NCBI GenBank assembly: GCA_028700115.1
Contig: JAQVTI010000003.1
Span: 2,714 to 66,713, forward strand
DNA length: 64,000 nucleotides
Source of the DNA: Candidatus Iainarchaeum sp.
Lineage (GTDB): Archaea; Iainarchaeota; Iainarchaeia; Iainarchaeales; CSSED10-239
Direction: 5' to 3'
This document shows, piece by piece, positions 62,453-64,000 of the stretch. Position numbers and translations under genes: made by a program. How positions within the stretch are numbered: position 1 is the stretch's first letter; each line of letters begins with the position of its first letter. A model generated the notes under the pieces. It was not told the origin of the DNA and made no database searches. It worked only from the letters and a program-made list of their open reading frames with translations.

Positions 62453-63162
62453 ATAGGTATTTATTAAATAATAATTTACTTGATACTAGGTCTCAAGCAA
62501 TTTATTTTATAAAAAGTAATAAAATTAGTGTTAATGATATCATAGTTAATAAACCCTCTTATTTAATAAAATTAGATGATAAAGTTAAAATTATTCCCAA
62601 ATTTATATATGTTAGTAAAGGTGGATATAAATTAGAATCTTTTTTAAATAAAATTTCTTATTCAGTTAATAATAAATCTATATTAGATATTGGTTGTTCT
62701 ACTGGGGGTTTTACAAATTATTTTTTATTACATGGTGCATCTTGTGTTACTTCAGTAGATATTGCACATGATATTTTATCAGAAAAATTATTTAAATATT
62801 CTAATTTAATATATTTTGATAATTTTGATATTTTAAATAAAGATAATCTTAAAGTTTTTAAAAATAAATTTGATGTAATTTCTATAGATCTTAGTGATGT
62901 TTCTATAACTAAAGTTTTTTTATTTTTAGACAAAATTTTAAAGAAAAAAGGGGCTATTATCGCTTTATTTAAACCTCATTATGAAGGATTTAAAGGTGTT
63001 GTTTCAAAAGAAAATAAAATAAAATTGTCTAATAAATTTGAATCTTGGATTAAAGCAAATACTTCCTTTAAAATAATTCATAAAGTAAATTCTTCAGAAA
63101 GAGGGGGTTATAATTTAAAAGGAAATAGAGAAATTTTTTATTTATTAAAATTTAATAAATAG
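62443..63162 (+). CDS. tlyA: TlyA-family rRNA 2'-O-methyltransferase (S4 domain + FtsJ-like methyltransferase)
   Basis: MRLDRYLL...SRSQA-like S4 N-terminus, SKGGYKL and the SAM-binding DIGCSTGGFT motif. It overlaps the rSAM stop by 10 nt. Confidence 0.8.
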   Translation: MRLDRYLLNNNLLDTRSQAIYFIKSNKISVNDIIVNKPSYLIKLDDKVKIIPKFIYVSKGGYKLESFLNKISYSVNNKSILDIGCSTGGFTNYFLLHGASCVTSVDIAHDILSEKLFKYSNLIYFDNFDILNKDNLKVFKNKFDVISIDLSDVSITKVFLFLDKILKKKGAIIALFKPHYEGFKGVVSKENKIKLSNKFESWIKANTSFKIIHKVNSSERGGYNLKGNREIFYLLKFNK

Positions 63163-63216
63163 TAAATTATTCTTTTTTACTTTCTTTTTTAAATGTTTTA
63201 TTGTATTTTATAATAT

Positions 63217-64000
63217 ATGGATATTATAAATTTAGATAAATTAAATCTTTTTAAAAAATATATCTCTTCAATTAAAAAAGAAGATAATCTTGCAATTATT
63301 TATGATACAGATATGGATGGAATTACTTCTGCAGTAATTACTTCTAAAGCTTTAGATAAATTAAATATAAAATATTTCCAAAGACCAAGAAATCCAAAAA
63401 ATAGAACTTTAGATAAATCTATTCAATTTTTTTTAAAAGAAAATAAAATAAACAAAATTATTTTTTTAGATTTATCTGCAGAAAGTTTTCAAGATTCACA
63501 TTTATTAAACAACTATGATGTTTTAGTAATAGATCATCATCCAATTTTAGAAAATTATAATATTAATTTTAAAATAATTAAATCCTTTCAATTACAAGAT
63601 AAACTAGAAGGTTATAACTATTGTACAGCACATATGGTTTTTGATTTGTTTTCTTCAATTTTAGATTTAGAAGATTTAGATTGGGTTTTAGCTTGTGGGA
63701 TTATAGGAGATGTAACTTATGATTCACATATTGATTTATTAAAATCTATTTTTAAAAAATATAATTTAACTTATAATATAAATCCTTATTTTTCAGATTT
63801 AGGACAAGTTATAGAATATTCTAATTATGCTTTAACTCTTGGAACTTTAGAAGAAGTTAATAAAATTTATTCTTTTTTTTATAATTCTAATAATTATAAA
63901 CAAGTTTATGAAAAATTAGATTATGTTTTACCTATTAAAAAAGAATTTGAAAAATTTATTTCTAATTTTGAAAAAAATAAAGAAGTTATTGGAGATATTG
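63217..64000 (+). CDS. DHH-family phosphoesterase (RecJ/GAN-like), partial; continues past window end
   Basis: My own translation gives MDIINLDKL...IIYDTDMDGITSAV (DxD...DG motif) and LVIDHHP (DHH motif). The frame is open to position 64000. It is not in the ORF track because it has no stop. Confidence 0.7.
   Translation, partial: MDIINLDKLNLFKKYISSIKKEDNLAIIYDTDMDGITSAVITSKALDKLNIKYFQRPRNPKNRTLDKSIQFFLKENKINKIIFLDLSAESFQDSHLLNNYDVLVIDHHPILENYNINFKIIKSFQLQDKLEGYNYCTAHMVFDLFSSILDLEDLDWVLACGIIGDVTYDSHIDLLKSIFKKYNLTYNINPYFSDLGQVIEYSNYALTLGTLEEVNKIYSFFYNSNNYKQVYEKLDYVLPIKKEFEKFISNFEKNKEVIGDI

Overview
Very AT-rich archaeal chromosome segment (roughly a quarter G+C by eye). The gene content fits a small-genome, DPANN-like archaeon. 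Archaeal core genes present: PolD DP1/DP2, EF-1alpha, ribosomal protein uS10, RFC small subunit, TFE, aTrm56, Taw3, Elp3, Cdc48, an XerA-like recombinase and a type IA topoisomerase. Bacterial-type modules present: MutS-MutL, GrpE-DnaK-DnaJ and TlyA. There are four tRNA genes: a Phe(GAA)-Lys(CUU)-Lys(UUU) cluster and an initiator-type tRNA-Met. Many genes have GGAGG/GGTG Shine-Dalgarno sequences and short overlaps, so the window is mostly tight operons. Most notable observations: (1) Strand-specific third-codon-position bias flips sign at about 28-29 kb. The + strand is A-rich to the left and T/G-rich to the right, whatever the gene orientation. That polarity is the one expected at a replication origin. 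(2) At that same point lies a 504-bp almost pure A/T spacer. It carries a 22-bp perfect palindrome and three ~31-bp-spaced dyad repeats with the core GTAATTAC, next to a small winged-helix-like ORF. (3) A low-GC island of about 3.7 kb runs from tRNA-iMet to the tyrosine recombinase. (4) A complete Epd/Tad-like type IV pilus module (46.6-56.5 kb) has a split platform protein, six QxSxE[YF] prepilins and an ATPase with a long low-complexity N-terminal extension. (5) A radical SAM/SPASM enzyme is preceded by an unannotated 31-codon Cys-containing ORF. (6) A 1168-aa lipobox coiled-coil surface protein is paired with a CARDB-like protein. All calls come from reading the sequence and ORF translations by eye. 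No database search or computation was run, and the counts quoted are hand counts on small samples.
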